Origin: Lama glama
Lineage: Eukaryota
Assembly: GCA_028534125.1 (NCBI GenBank)
Contig: CM052845.1
Span: 24,242,001 to 24,306,000, forward strand
Length of the DNA stretch: 64,000 nucleotides
Direction of reading: 5' to 3'
Shown here: one piece after another, positions 13,585 to 25,976 of the stretch
Position numbering within the stretch: position 1 is the stretch's first letter
How the letters are laid out: each line of letters starts with the position of its first letter
Translations under genes and position numbers: made by a program
Notes under the pieces: model-generated
Seen by the model: the letters and a program-made list of their open reading frames with translations, nothing else
Database searches by the model: none
Told to the model about the DNA's origin: nothing

Positions 13585-13710
13585 AGGCCTCTGCTCTGGT
13601 CCCAGCCCAGCCGCCTGGTGCATGTGCTGGGCAAACTATTCACCCTAGTCTCAGTTTCCTCATCTGTAAAATGGGGGTGATATGGCCACTTTCCTCAAAG
13701 GTTTTCACTG
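13585..13710 (+). mobile_element. MIR fragment
   Basis: MIR core tgggcaaactattcacc...tctcagtttcctcatctgtaaaatgggg. Confidence 0.7.
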
Positions 13711-13899
13711 CAGGCCCGAGTCCTCAAACAGGCTGCCCACACCACGGCTGGGCCCATAACTGCTAATTATGCTTGGAGCCACCACTTTAAAGTCTGGAAA
13801 TTTCCCACAGAATTCCACATTGCCAACTCCCTAAAAAGTCAAAGACTGGCATCAGAATGTGGCTGGCAAGCGGCCCTTTTCCCCAGGCCTCTGGCCTGC

Positions 13900-14760
13900 C
13901 AAGTCCTCCCGCCTTCAACAACAAAACGAGAGCAAAGAAGACTTGTCTCCACACAAGACGCACAGACGCCCACAGATGGTCACAGTCACCGGGGACGCAA
14001 ACCCAACCGACAGTGAGCTGTCGCGTCACACCTGTGAGAACGGCCGCCGCCAGAGACAGGAGAGAACAAGTGTGGTGCGGACGTGGAGGGAAGGGACCCC
14101 GCGCACAGCTGATGGGAATGTAAATCGGTGCAGCCACTGTGGAGAACAGTACAGAGGCTCCTCAAAAAATTAAAAGTAGAACCACCATGTAACCCAGCAA
14201 CCCTGCTTCTGGGTATTTATGTGAAGAAAACGAAAACACTAACTGGAAAGCCTATCTGTGCCCCACGTTCACGGCGGCACCATTCACATGGCCGAGCACG
14301 CACGTGACCTGAGCTGTCGATGGATGAACGGTGACAGAAAATGTGACAGGTAGACACACGATGGCGTGTCGGCTGTGACGAGAATGAAATCCTGCCGCCT
14401 GTGATGACGCCAGTGGGACCTGAGGCTGTGATGCTGAGGAAATGAGCCAGACGGTGTGCTCTCACCTACATGCGGAATCTGCAAAGGCTGAACTCGGCAA
14501 GAGCGCAGAGCGGTGCTTTCCAGGGACCGGGGGTGGGGGCCGGGGAGGCGTCCGTCAAAGGGCACAAACCTCCGTTGTCAGGTGAGTAGGTCCTGGGATC
14601 TGGCGCACAGCGTCCCGGTCACAGTTAGCGACACTGTGTCACACGGTCGAGAGTTGTTAGAAGAGTGGATCTTAAAGCGTCCTCACACCAGAAAAGCAAG
14701 GTCACTACGTGGTGTGACGGGGGAGGTAGCTAGCGACCGTGGAGACCCACACCAAGCTGG
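13900..14760 (+). mobile_element. Decayed LINE-1 3' end (L1M-type); boundaries approximate
   Basis: gatgggaatgtaaatcggtgcagccactgtggagaacagtac...aaaaattaaaagtagaaccaccatgtaacccagcaa...ctgggtattta, typical of the L1 ORF2 end/3'UTR. Confidence 0.85.
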
Positions 14761-15693
14761 GGGCTTGCCAGCCCAGATCGGAATTACGGCAGCTGCAAAC
14801 CTTCAAACAGCTGATAATCCCCTGAGACTCCCCTCTGCCAGGGCAGCGGAAGCAGCAGCTCGAGTGAGCATGTGGTGCCACCAGGGCCGGGCAGAGCCGC
14901 AGGGAAGAGCAGCAGACAGAATCCCACGATCAATCCGCCTAAGTCTGAACAAGCGTGGCCTTCACTCCAACATGTCACGTCCAGCAGGGGAGGAACGACG
15001 TGCGCTCCGCAGAGTCATCAGGCTCTGAGGTGCCCCTCACCCCGCAACCCGCCTTCAGGAGGAACAGCCTCGGCCCTCCAGCCGCTCGTGTCCCGGGACT
15101 GCGGCTGCCCCAGCCTGCGGACTCCCCATGGGGGGCGGGGGGGCGCTCATCCCCCAGGGCTCCGCCCTCCTGCTGAGACCTGGACCCCCAGCGCCTGCAG
15201 GCGCTGCTCCCAGGGCCCAGAGCACCCCACCTCCCTCCCAGCCGGCCCAGCCCAGTCTTAGCCTGTTTATCATGCACCCCTCAGGGCCAAGTAGGATTCG
15301 CTCAAATCTGTGGCCACAGGTGACCAGACCGGGGTTGCGGGTACCAAGCTGACCGTCAGGGTTCCCTGCGGAGGTGCCGACCCGGCGCTAGCCTGGGGGT
15401 CCCGTGGAGCAGGGCTGTGCGGACCGGTGACAGCCTCACCTCGCTCCATCCAGGAAGGGAAACCCCGGGGGCCCTGAGCGAGGGCGGATGAAGGTCCAGA
15501 CTGAAGCCTCTGCTCCGGGAACACGGGTGTCGGCAGGGGCGGACTCCGAGCAACCTCCCGCGTGCTCCGCAGGCGCCGACCTATCTCACACCCTCCACGT
15601 GGCGGGGACAAGGGGTGATCGACGCTGACAGGACGCGACACTCAGCCCAGAGCGACCCCCTTCCCAGGACAGCCACGCCCGCGGGACGGTCAC

Positions 15694-15851
15694 CTTCTGC
15701 TCTGGCGTAGACGGCCACGGCCCCGCTGACCAGGCCGGCGTACAGGCTGCGCGGCGAGCAGGCCAAGCTCAGGACCGCGCACTTCTCGGGGGTGAAGAAA
15801 TGCTGCAGCTGCACCTTCTTGGAGCCCTGGCTGCTCTTGTAGACGGAGATG
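15694..15851 (-). CDS. ARHGEF10: Exon 25 (SISVYKSSQGSKKVQLQHFFTPEK...VYARAE)
   Basis: tctcgcgcag| acceptor, GAAG|gtgacc donor, 158 nt. Confidence 0.95.
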
Positions 15852-16447
15852 CTGCGCGAGAGAAGGGGAGCTGACACGGGCCGCTCACGGTGGGGGGAGC
15901 CAGGCCGTCTGTCCCACGGCCACGCCCAGCACTGCCTCCCCGTCCCCCCAACTCCTTCCGGAATCTCGGCCACTCCCACAGTGATCTCTCCTTCCTTTCA
16001 AGAGACAAGTTCCCAGTTATTCAAAAATCAATCAATCAGTCAATCTTAGTTCTTCCTACAGATCCTGGAATGTCGCATCAGAAAAATCGTTTTAACTTTC
16101 CTTTAAACCCTGCGGACATTCAGGTCAACGAGGACACAGAACACAGCCCTGCTTTACTCCAAAGTATCAGTGCTGCACAGGGAAAGCACGAGTAAGAACG
16201 AAGCACGCCCGTGCAAACGGCAGGTGCACCTAAGACAGTCCCTGCGAAGAGTCACCGTTTCTCCCTGGGGTTTCCTAGGGTGACATCCACAGCCTCAGTC
16301 ACCGGCCGCTTCCAAGTGCGAGACCCGCCCACGTCCACTTGCATCAGGTCCCTCCCAGCAGAGGGCCACGGGGACTGTCCACCAGGGCCCCACCGCCCTG
16401 CCGCTGACGAAGCCCAGAGGCCCGTGTGACACAGCGAACAGGCTCAC

Positions 16448-16671
16448 CTCCCCTCCTCCGTCCCTAAGCAGACGGTGGGGACGCCCAGTGCGTGCCCTGC
16501 CGTAGCCTCGGGCTCCGGGGGGGCGCCGGGCCCCCGGGGCTTCTCCTCCGCGGGCACGTACGCCATGCACAGGATGCGGGACTCGACGTTGAAGCACTCG
16601 ATGACTTTGGGGCCGGGACTTTGAAAGGAGACAATGGCGATCTGGCCCATCTGAGCGGCACAGCTTCCGAT
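16448..16671 (-). CDS. ARHGEF10: Exon 24 (IGSCAAQMGQIAIVSFQ...CLGTEEG)
   Basis: cccattcag| acceptor, GGAG|gtgagc donor, 224 nt. Confidence 0.95.
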
Positions 16672-17495
16672 CTGAATGGGGGGGCGGGGGGCTGCGCATG
16701 AGGGCGCTCCAGGGCCACCGGGACCCCACCCACAGCCTCGGAGACAGTCGGCGCCCATGTGGACCCACTGCGCTCACGAGAACCAGGTGACGTCTAAACA
16801 GTCTGCAAACAGACCTCGTTCCCCCTGCAGCACGCTAATTAAACTCCTTTTCCTTTCAATTTTAATAACACAGACTCGGGTTTTGTTTTTTCAAAGGCAC
16901 ATTTTCACCTTTTAAAAGTCGCGCACCCAGCACCACACGGTGGTCAAGGCTGATCCACACATAATTCGAAGTCTGAAAAAGCAGACTGATGCCAACGTTT
17001 ACACTGTAACACTTATTGCGTAACAGGCCTCACGTGAGAAGACAGGTCCCCAGAAAGAGAGCCGAGGGCAGGGTGCACCCTCGGCACCTCGCGCAGCGGG
17101 AGGGCGGCTGCTCCAGCGCCAGACGGACCCCGGGCTGGCTCCGCCTGCGAGCCACGCCTTCCTCGCAGATCCCTGCCCACGCAGCATCACCGCCCAAACC
17201 GACAAAGCACGTCAGTGATGCTGGCACTTGAGCTAGCTGTCTTTGGACTGAATTTAATCTGGCAACGTTCTAGACGGAAAACAAAAGGGACGGACATTCT
17301 AACCCCTTGGCATTCTCCATCTGCTCCAGAAGGCACGGGCTCCCCTTCCCGCTCCGTGACTTCTGAGTTTGCGGGCACAATGTGGACACGCTGGCACCTA
17401 ACAGCGTCCTGTTGAACCGCTCCAAACTGCAATTTCCCATCCCATTACTACGGATTCTTCGCAGATGTGCGTTCAAACAGACAAAGGCATCTTAC

Positions 17496-17582
17496 CCACA
17501 GGAAGCCGTGAGCCGTGGAACAGGAGTCTGGCCGGGCCTCGTCATTCAGGTACGGCTCGGGGTTATAAACCGCACATTCGAT
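17496..17582 (-). CDS. ARHGEF10: Exon 23 (IECAVYNPEPYLNDEARPDSCSTAHGFLW)
   Basis: gcttatag| acceptor, GTGG|gtaaga donor, 87 nt; not in the ORF track. Confidence 0.94.
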
Positions 17583-18382
17583 CTATAAGCAGGTAAAATC
17601 AGAGGCCCGAGTTTAAAGCACGACTCGGAGGAGGCAAGCAGGCCTGTCTTAAATGGACAGGGTTCTGACACGAACCACAGCAACTCCAAAGGCAGGGGAA
17701 AGCTCAGTGTGTGGAGTCCCAGAAACGAGCTTTTTGGACACGAGCACCGAGGTAAGCGCTCCCTCTGCGGTGGCTTCAGACCCCAGCGCCCGCTGGGAGC
17801 AAGCGGCAGGGAGCCCGTCCGGGGCCAGTGGGGGGGGGGCCCGCGCAACTCCGCGGGGGGCGCCCCGTCTCTCCCTGGGAGGGTCCCCCTCAGCTGAGGG
17901 AGCCCCAGGGACATGCGGGCTCCAGGTCTGAGTGTCGGCCGGAGACCAGACGTGAGAAATGGCCATGGCTGTCGTGCTTCTTAGGGAGACACAGCCACGT
18001 CCTGAAGCCCCTGCAGGCACCAGAGGCAGTGCTGGGACCGACAGCAGAGGAACAGGGATGCAACGTCCCCCGAGACGGGGTCTGCTCCAGCACAGTAGGC
18101 ACTGCACCTCACGCGACCACGAGGCTGCCGGCGGTGACCCGCGGGGAGGCTGAGCATCCCCGAGTGAGAGGCCGGGAGCCCCTGGGGCCGAGACATGTGG
18201 GCCTGGATCACAAGTGCCAGGTGGGGGGGCCCAGCTGTGGCTCCAGAAAGTGGGCTTTGGTCTCATACCACCAGGCCCTCCCCGAGCTGCCTGGAGAGGC
18301 GGCGCCCAGGGCCGCGCCGAGCCCCTTCCCTGCTGGTAACTGCCCACGCGGGACATGCAGCCCCGGGCCCGCCCACCGTCAC

Positions 18383-18504
18383 CTTGAACTCCTGCTGCTT
18401 GGCCACCGTCACCGGCATGTGTCCCACGAGGAGGGGGTGTCTCTCCTTCTTAATCTGGTTCCCGTCATCCTCCGCGCAGAGCCAGCCCAGGTGGTTCTCC
18501 TCCT
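18383..18504 (-). CDS. ARHGEF10: Exon 22 (EEENHLGWLCAEDDGNQIKKERHPLLVGHMPVTVAKQQEFK)
   Basis: ggccgcag| acceptor, CAAG|gtgacg donor, 122 nt. Confidence 0.95.
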
Positions 18505-19822
18505 CTGCGGCCGCGGGGTCGGGGGTGGGGAGGGAACAGAGGGGTTGGCACCTTCCAGGGGCGCCCGGAGCGGTGGGGGAGCCTGCTCCCTACTCTGGCG
18601 AGACTGGAGAACTGCGCCTTTTACTTCGGGAAACGGCCCTTTCTCACAGGAGGGGCCGCTCTCTGGCTGGTTTACCCAGCGACGCTCTGGCCGCATCTGA
18701 GCACGGGCGTGCCCGGCTCCCACCTCGGGGCCCAGCCCACCGGCAGCCTGGGAACCATCACTGCGCAGACCACCTGTTCTCCCTTACCTCTCCTTCCAAG
18801 AAACTGACCTGTTAAGACTCAGGCGCTAGGAACTGAGGAGGAGGCTTTAAGTGGCACGAGGCCACGGGATAAGACGTACACAGAAAGGAAGCAGCAGGTC
18901 TGCTAAGTGGTCGCCAGTCTCGCTCTGAACGTGAGCATCTGAAGACGAAATGAGCTCATTGCCATGTTCCACTCACTCGGCAGAGACTGGGCCATCTCCT
19001 CGCTCACGAGGCCGCCTGGAAGCCGGCCTGATAAACCACCAGCTGACGCGGGCAGAGAGAAAGGGGCCGCGCTCTGCCCGCTCCCTGGGGCTCGGGCCAC
19101 TCCAGACAGCCGACCCCATGACAAAGGCCTTCTCTCACTGACCTCCCTTGCCGGGGTGTCAGCGGGCGTCCCTCTGCCTACTTCTCTTCTTCATCTTATT
19201 TCCAGTTAACACTTCAGGGTGTTTGCACCTGAATGAGGAGTTTACGCACAGACGCAGGACAGCCCCGTGCTTCGCACAGCAGACCTGTGTGCGTATATCA
19301 CCCATATGCGCGGTCAGTGCGTCACACCCACCCGTCTGTCTGGTACGCGGGTCACAGAGGGTGAGGCCACGGGGACGGGGACCAGAACATCTCTGAGTCA
19401 CTCTTGTCTCTGACAGAACCTGCCGGGGGCTTGCGGGGGGGTCTTTAGGGACAACGCCATCCAGTCCTGTGTCTGACCCCGCAGGTGCAGGGAAGGAAAA
19501 GGCTGAGAGGAGCCCTCACCTGCTCACCCCGCGGGGCAGACCTGGGGCTGGGACCCCCGACTCACAGGCCACAGACTCACAGGGCCTTCTAATGGAAATG
19601 AGGCTTTTTTTCTCCTACAACACTTAAATTATAATATAAATGTCTTAAAAAAATCACTTATGCTGGGTTTTTTTTAACTTTTCCTGCCTGGAAAGAGCCT
19701 TTCAGGTGACCGGCTGAACCGTCCGCCAAGCCAACTTCTCAGCCGTGACCCTGCCCTCCTGGGTGCACACTTCACCACAGGGCAGGGACTGGCCTAGCCA
19801 GCTGAAATCAGCAGGCTCTTAC

Positions 19823-19923
19823 CGAGCGCGAGCTTGGCCATCTGCAGGTTGTGGGTCCAAGACTCCTTGATGGCAGGGGTGAAGGTGTTGAACACGGCGG
19901 TGAAGAAGGTGGGCCGGCCGGAC
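19823..19923 (-). CDS. ARHGEF10: Exon 21 (SGRPTFFTAVFNTFTPAIKESWTHNLQMAKLAL)
   Basis: tctcggcag| acceptor, CTCG|gtaaga donor, 101 nt. Confidence 0.95.
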
Positions 19924-20061
19924 CTGCCGAGAGGGGAGCCTTCACCCTGGGAACGCTACGTGTCTCCCCGTGGGACGGAGCCCCCACCACGGAGACACGC
20001 GAGGCGAGAGCCACGTCCTCGGCCCCGGTGGAGAGGGTGCCCTGCCCGGGTCCCCACTGAC

Positions 20062-20189
20062 TTGTCCTGCTTCCCCGGGAGCTGCAGCTGAATCCGGCAG
20101 CAGTCGGCCGCCCTGATCTCCTCTTCCTTCTTCAAGACGAGTCTCTGTAACCCCGAGGTCCAGTCGTGGGCCACTGACTGGTTCAAGTT
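20062..20189 (-). CDS. ARHGEF10: Exon 20 ([17 protein letters not shown]...LPGKQDK)
   Basis: ccttcgtag| acceptor, ACAA|gtcagt donor, 128 nt. Confidence 0.95.
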
Positions 20190-20586
20190 CTACGAAGGAA
20201 ACGCACAGGCACACTGAGAGGGGCCGATGGACGTTTCGGTCATCCATCCTGGGGAGGAGAAAACCGAGGCCGTCACCTGAAAACCTCAGGGGGACCAGCA
20301 ACACTCATCTGACGGCGACAAAGACCCCGCTTTGGGAGTGGGGTCACGCGGTGGTTTGGCTGGGACCACCCTCAGAGAGCACTGACACGCGAGTCTGCCC
20401 CAGAACGAAGGGAAGTTACGCTGGAAGAGCTTCGCCTTCTCCAAAACGGGAGAAAACAGACGATCGGATCAGTTCTGACCGTTAAGGTCAGTTCTCGCTT
20501 CTAACAGAACTGGGAGACGCGCTCTCATGCCGACACTGATTCAGAAATAAAAGGAGGACTTTAAATCCGATGGCTTCGACTATTAC

Positions 20587-20702
20587 CTGATAGTTCCCTT
20601 TGAGGTTTCCAATCAGTTGAGTGATCTGACCAATGACATTTAAGTCATGCAGCAAGTTCTGTAGATCCTGATACAGCTGTCCTGGCCCCATGTAAACCCT
20701 GT
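20587..20702 (-). CDS. ARHGEF10: Exon 19 (NRVYMGPGQLYQDLQNLLHDLNVIGQITQLIGNLKGNYQ)
   Basis: gttttgcag| acceptor, TCAG|gtaata donor, 116 nt. Confidence 0.96.
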
Positions 20703-23700
20703 CTGCAAAACAAGACGACAGAAAACAGCACAGACCTACAGCTGTTCACGCCGGCGCTCGAGGAAGGAAACACGGAAACACAGTCTAGCTCGTCCAGCAT
20801 TTTTAAAGAGTCGGTGTTTTCAGATAATGAGATGCTTTTCCTTCTCTGACTTTTTATTTTGGAATAATGTTGGACTTGCAGAGAAGCTGCAGTAGCACAG
20901 GCCTCCCTCGTAGGCACCGTTTCCCAGGTCCGGGATGTTAAAACCTCAAAGAACCACGGAACCATCACGGCCGCGGGGACGGGAGGCTCACGAGAGGCCC
21001 GGAGAGACCCCGGCCCCACCCGCCCCACACCACCTGTCTGCTGGCCATCATGTTCCAGTTTTGCCGTCTTCAGGGTGCTGTATAAAAGTGCTCACATGGT
21101 GCCCACACCAATTTTTAACACATAAACAGTGTACTTATATTTGCACGTCTAACTAACTAATGTGCCCTTTGTTAGAAGAAATCCCTTGGTTTTGGAGGAC
21201 AAGTATCTAACTTGGATCCAAACAGTTACACCCCTTCAGCTGTGAACCATAAGCAAAGCCCGGCACGGTCTGCACCCCGTCTCGCGGTCCATCCCTGAGA
21301 TTCCGCGTGAACCAGACAGAAGGGACACTGGCAGCTGATCCTCAACTGGGAGCACCAAGAGTCCGACATCTGTGCTTGATGGTGGAACGCACACCCTTCC
21401 TCCTCTGCCAACCCAGCCACCCTAAGGCCCTAGGAGAGAAGACGCTTTTCCACCTAAGCAAGAGCCTCGGAGACAGAAGCCCACGCCGGGAGTCACGCTG
21501 GGGAGGACCAGTGGCGATGCTCTACCTCCCCGGCCGGATCCACCTCCGGGACCCAGGAAGCCCCTGGGAGCACCGAAAGGACACCCCAAAACCTCTCCCA
21601 TCTCTGTCGCCTAGTCTGTCAACAGGGACAGTGTGGCCGGCACTGTCCTGCCACCTCACAGCAGTGTCCAGCGGAGCCACAGAAAAGAACTCTGTGAGCT
21701 AAGGTAAATGCCACGTGTGTTACAGAAACTTGTGTAACTTGTCTTAAGGGTCCACACTCAGACGAGGGTCTGTTCACTCCAACACCTGCCGCGCCCCCAG
21801 GGCCCTGCCCCTGCACGTGGAACACTGCAGCCCGGCCAGCAGGTCCTATTTGTATCTTTTTTCCATTAAGACACCCCCCTACAACCCACCCTCCTGAGTT
21901 CAGCAAGAACGTGCTTCCTCGGAGGAGTGGCAAGGTGGGTGACGGTTAAACCTGGGGGACACTGGGGGCTCCCTAAATCTCAGATACATGTGGCCCTCGA
22001 CAGGTGGCTGCCCCATGCGGGGGGTCCCACGAAGGCCACGCACTCCCACGGCATCACCCAAACCAGCCAGGCCCTCGGCAGCCTGCCCGCCTTCACTGAA
22101 GAGTTACCCATTAATGGATTCCAGCCGTTCTGGTCTCCACCGAATGAGCTACGCTTCAGGGGGAATCAGCAAAAGGGCAGCACACAAAGTTCTGAAGCTG
22201 CTGGAGCGTTTCCAGGAGTGAAGTGGACACGCGGTGAATTTAAAGGCTCGTCAGGTTAACACGCGCCTGACCAGTGGAGTCACTGGCAAGCCCTCTGAGA
22301 CCATCCCAACCTGGAGAACGGCTCAGAGACTGGGAACCAGTTCAGAATCCGACTTCTGCTTCTGTGACCAAGAGGCTCTAAAGTGAATGGGCACCTGCTC
22401 TCTGCCGGGAGGAGGAGAGGCAGGAAGCTCACCCAGGGGCGGCAGAACCGGGAAGAAAGAAAAGAGGGGCTCCTCTCGAGCCTTCCAGCTGGTGGGGGCC
22501 ACGGGAGGTGGTGCGGACGGTCCTCGACACGAGGACAAGAGGGGCGCCTGGTCACCAGGACGGATGCTGCCCGCCAGCCAGGCAGCTGGGACGACCCGGA
22601 CCAGCACCTGCCGGCCCAACCTGTCTCAGCAGGGGGAGGGTGGGTGGGAACCGGGCAGGACAAGGGCCCGGCGTGATGGAGGGAAGTCACGCTGGTCAGA
22701 GCAGAGAGGACTCGGGCTGCTGGGCAGCCTGGGACCCGAGGCAGGCTCCAGAGACAGAGAGAATGGCGGGGAACGCACGGCGGCATCAGGACTGCGGCGT
22801 GGGGCCGCTCCCGGCTGCCACACGAGGGTCCGGCAGCCCTGCCCCCATCGCCCCATCACAAGAGGGAGGACTGTTCCCAGGGCACCAGGGAACCCTCCTT
22901 TATGGGGCTGAAGGGGGTTTCTCAGTCTTCACCCCACATCTGAAAACCTGACGAGGGCCACACTGGGGGAGCCCCAGGGACGCTCGGCAGAAGGGCACAG
23001 CGGGGACACAGCAGCGAACGGCGCGGCGCGGTGATCACAGACGCACACCAGCACCAGAGGGCCCGCTCCACTCACCGGGGCGGAGCACAGAGCAGGCACT
23101 GCTTCCGCAGAGGCTGCCTTCGGCTGGGGGTGGAATCTTTTTTTCTGGCTAAACTTACAGAAACAACAAACAAATCAGGGTTCCTGTCAGTTGGCTTCCC
23201 CGCCGTCTGGTCTCCAGGCCCAGCACCCGGGTCGGGGGCGGCAGGCTTCTCACACACACCCGCTGTCTCCACGGAAACCCGGCAACTGGCCTAAAAATCC
23301 AGGGTTGAAAGCTAAGCGGATCGCTGTGGCCAAGGCAACAGCAACTCAGCCCAGAGACTCCCAGGGGCGTGGATGCAGGACCCCGGGCGGGCACGACGTG
23401 CTGCCCTGCGTGGCCAGGCCCCTCCGTCACACCCGCGACCTGGGTGGCAGGAGATTTCAGAGCCGGTGTCTCTGGGCAGGAGGGAGGAGGGCGGGGAAGG
23501 GGGGGCGCCGCGGACGGAATCCAGCTGGACAAGAGTGAGCAGTCCCGGGGCGGTGGGCGGGACCAGGGCTGCGGCCAAGGAACAATCCGGGCAGGACGAG
23601 AAGGGCAGGCCTTCCCCGCCCAGCACCTCTGGCCCTGGGCTAAACGCTCCTTTCCACAACTTCCGTTTTAACTCAGGGAAGTCTGATATCTTAAAAATCA

Positions 23701-24939
23701 AAGACTTTTTTAAATTGAGGCAGAATCAACGGTTATGAACTGTATGTACTTAGTGTTCGATTTCGTGATTAGATACAGAAACGTCAGCAAGATCAGCAAC
23801 GGAGGGTCCGGGTCCGCCCTCCCCATGCCGGCCCCGACTCGAGGAGTCAGTGAAACCTCTATCACCCCCCCCCCCAGAAAAATGCACAGAACTTTGCAAA
23901 ACGAGGCCAGGGGGCCGGGAAGCGTAAACTAACCCGAGGACCCACTCCGAGGCCCCACCCTGGAGGGAGGGTCTAACGCGACCCCAGGTCAGGTCGAGGG
24001 CGCCGAGGGGCGAAGCAGAGTGCAGCCCACCTGCTGCTCCCCGGGACGCAGGCCCCATGCGGCTGCCATGCGCCTTCATCCCTGAACACAGGCCAGGCCC
24101 TCCAGCTCTGCGTGTCGGAGGAGAGTCCCTCAGGCTGGAGAGTCGCGTGACCATCGCCCAGGAACGAGGGACTTGAACTTAGCTTCTCAAAATAATTTAG
24201 GGACGACAAGCAGGGGGAGCACGGGAAGCCAAGGCAGCGACGGCAACGGTGGTGGTGGGGCAAATCTGTTCCACAAAAGCCCTGGGACGCCGGGGACGCC
24301 CAGCCGAACTGGGGCTCCCGGGACTCCGGCCAGGCCAGGTCTCATGTGCACAAACCCACCCGAGGCACCCGGGGCTCGGGCGGCGCTGGGGTCACCAGGA
24401 CGGGCTCAGGCCACACAGACGGCTCACTGCCCCAGCAAGACGGTCCCTCTCTCCTGGACAAACCTGGACGGAGCTGGTGCAGCCCCAGGGGCGGAGCGGC
24501 TGCGCCTCCCGGCATCTCTGAGCGCTGGACGGCCTCCGAGCCTCACTCCAGAGCCAGCAGCAGCCCAGGAGAGCCTGCCCTGCGCCCATCGTCCGGCAGG
24601 CACACAACTAGCAAGCTCTACTTTGTTAAAAAACCTGTTCAATCTAGAAGGCATTTTAAAGACATATCTACACCCCGGCCGCTGACGGGAAACGCAGCCC
24701 AGGGCCGGGTCCCACAGTAAACCCAGGACGCACACGACACCCGGGGGATGGGCTCAGAAGACAGCGACAGGGCGACAGGGGTGCTTGCATCCACAGCCAG
24801 ACCCCGGTGAACAGGCTCCAGGGACCGCGTCACCCCACAGCTCTCCCCCTCGGTGCCGCCAGAGGCTGAGGAAGGGGTCCCGACGCCGGAGCTACACCGG
24901 TCCCAGCCCTGCGAGCACGTGCACGGAGGGGTCGCTTAC

Positions 24940-25121
24940 TTGGCTTGGTGCTGGCCACCACTGCCAGGCTCTCGGGCACGTGCACCAGGGGACACCGGCT
25001 GCTCTCCCCGGCGCCGTCGCTGCCACCATATTCTACGACTTCCACGTGCCCAAGAGGGACGCTCCACTTCAGCAGGTACCGCTGGCTGGTGGACGTCAGC
25101 GCGCTGCTGTCGTGCGAGGTG
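24940..25121 (-). CDS. ARHGEF10: Exon 18 (TSHDSSALTSTSQRYLLKWSVPLGHVEVVEY...ASTKP)
   Basis: tcgttgcag| acceptor, CCAA|gtaagc donor, 182 nt. Confidence 0.93.
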
Positions 25122-25647
25122 CTGCAACGACCAAAACCCTCCGCTTACCAACAGTCGCACGAGCGTCACTGCACTTTTCTCCCCACTCGAGCAAGAAACG
25201 CTTGGGCTGTGCGATCGTAGTCCTGACCCTCTCACCGGAGTGACCACTGGGTTCCACAAAGGGTTTTCCCAGACCACAAACACACCCAAGTTTATTAAGA
25301 AAAAAATCATCAGAAATGCATTTACAGGGAAGCAACTAATGAGAAAGAATTTGGATGGTGATAAAATCAGGAACCGCAGAGGATGGAGTGGGGCCACAGG
25401 GAAATTCAGCTGAGTTTCCAGCTCCAACATCAGCCTTTGTTTAAAGAGAAAACACAGACACACGTCCCAGCCTCCACCCGCAGTGACCTGGAGACTCAGA
25501 CGGGACCACACAAATCACAGAACACTGGTGACCATATAGATCACAGGACCTGGGGCCGGGGCTCTGCACACAGACCATCCAGTCTGAGTGAGATGCAGAC
25601 GCTGGACACCGGTGACCGGGAGGCTCGCCGGCGTGACATGTCCTTAC

Positions 25648-25793
25648 CGCGTGCTGACCGTGGCGCACATCAGCACGTCGCTCAGCATGAAGAGCCGGCG
25701 CTCTTTGGTCTTCACCACCTCGCCCCGGTCGTTGTAGACGGTTTCAATCATGTCGTCGGAGCGCACGAGGTACCTACTCCCGCTGCTGAGAAG
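25648..25793 (-). CDS. ARHGEF10: Exon 17, PH-like (LLSSGSRYLVRSDDMIETVYNDRGEVVKTKERRLFMLSDVLMCATVSTR)
   Basis: aattctcag| acceptor, CGCG|gtaagg donor, 146 nt. Confidence 0.95.
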
Positions 25794-25847
25794 CTGAGAA
25801 TTCACAGGACACAGTTACCACAACCCGGCTCATCAAGGAAGGACACA

Positions 25848-25976
25848 GGGGTGGGGGTGCAGCGCAGGGTGGAGCGCATGCCCAGTGTGCACGAGGTCCT
25901 GGGCTCCCCCACAGCACCTCCACTAAAGTAAATAAATAAACCTAATTACACCCCCAGCCCCCCAAAAAGAAAAAAG
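25848..25976 (+). mobile_element. tRNA-derived SINE, camelid Vic-1-like
   Basis: gggg..gcagcgcagggtggagcgcatgcccagtgtgcacgaggtcctggg (degenerate A/B boxes), then aaataaataaacctaattac, C-run and A-rich tail; matches the recalled camelid SINE consensus layout. Confidence 0.8.

Noticed and set aside
19924-20061. In-frame retention of short introns 20 (138 nt) and 3 (246 nt)
   Set aside because: Both lengths are multiples of 3 but contain in-frame stops (at 19956 and 52481).
23030-23650. Internal CpG-island promoter
   Set aside because: CpG density is high across the whole window, so it cannot be distinguished from background without methylation or CAGE data.
25848-25920. tRNA gene
   Set aside because: A/B boxes are degenerate, no clean cloverleaf, and it is followed by a SINE body and A tail.
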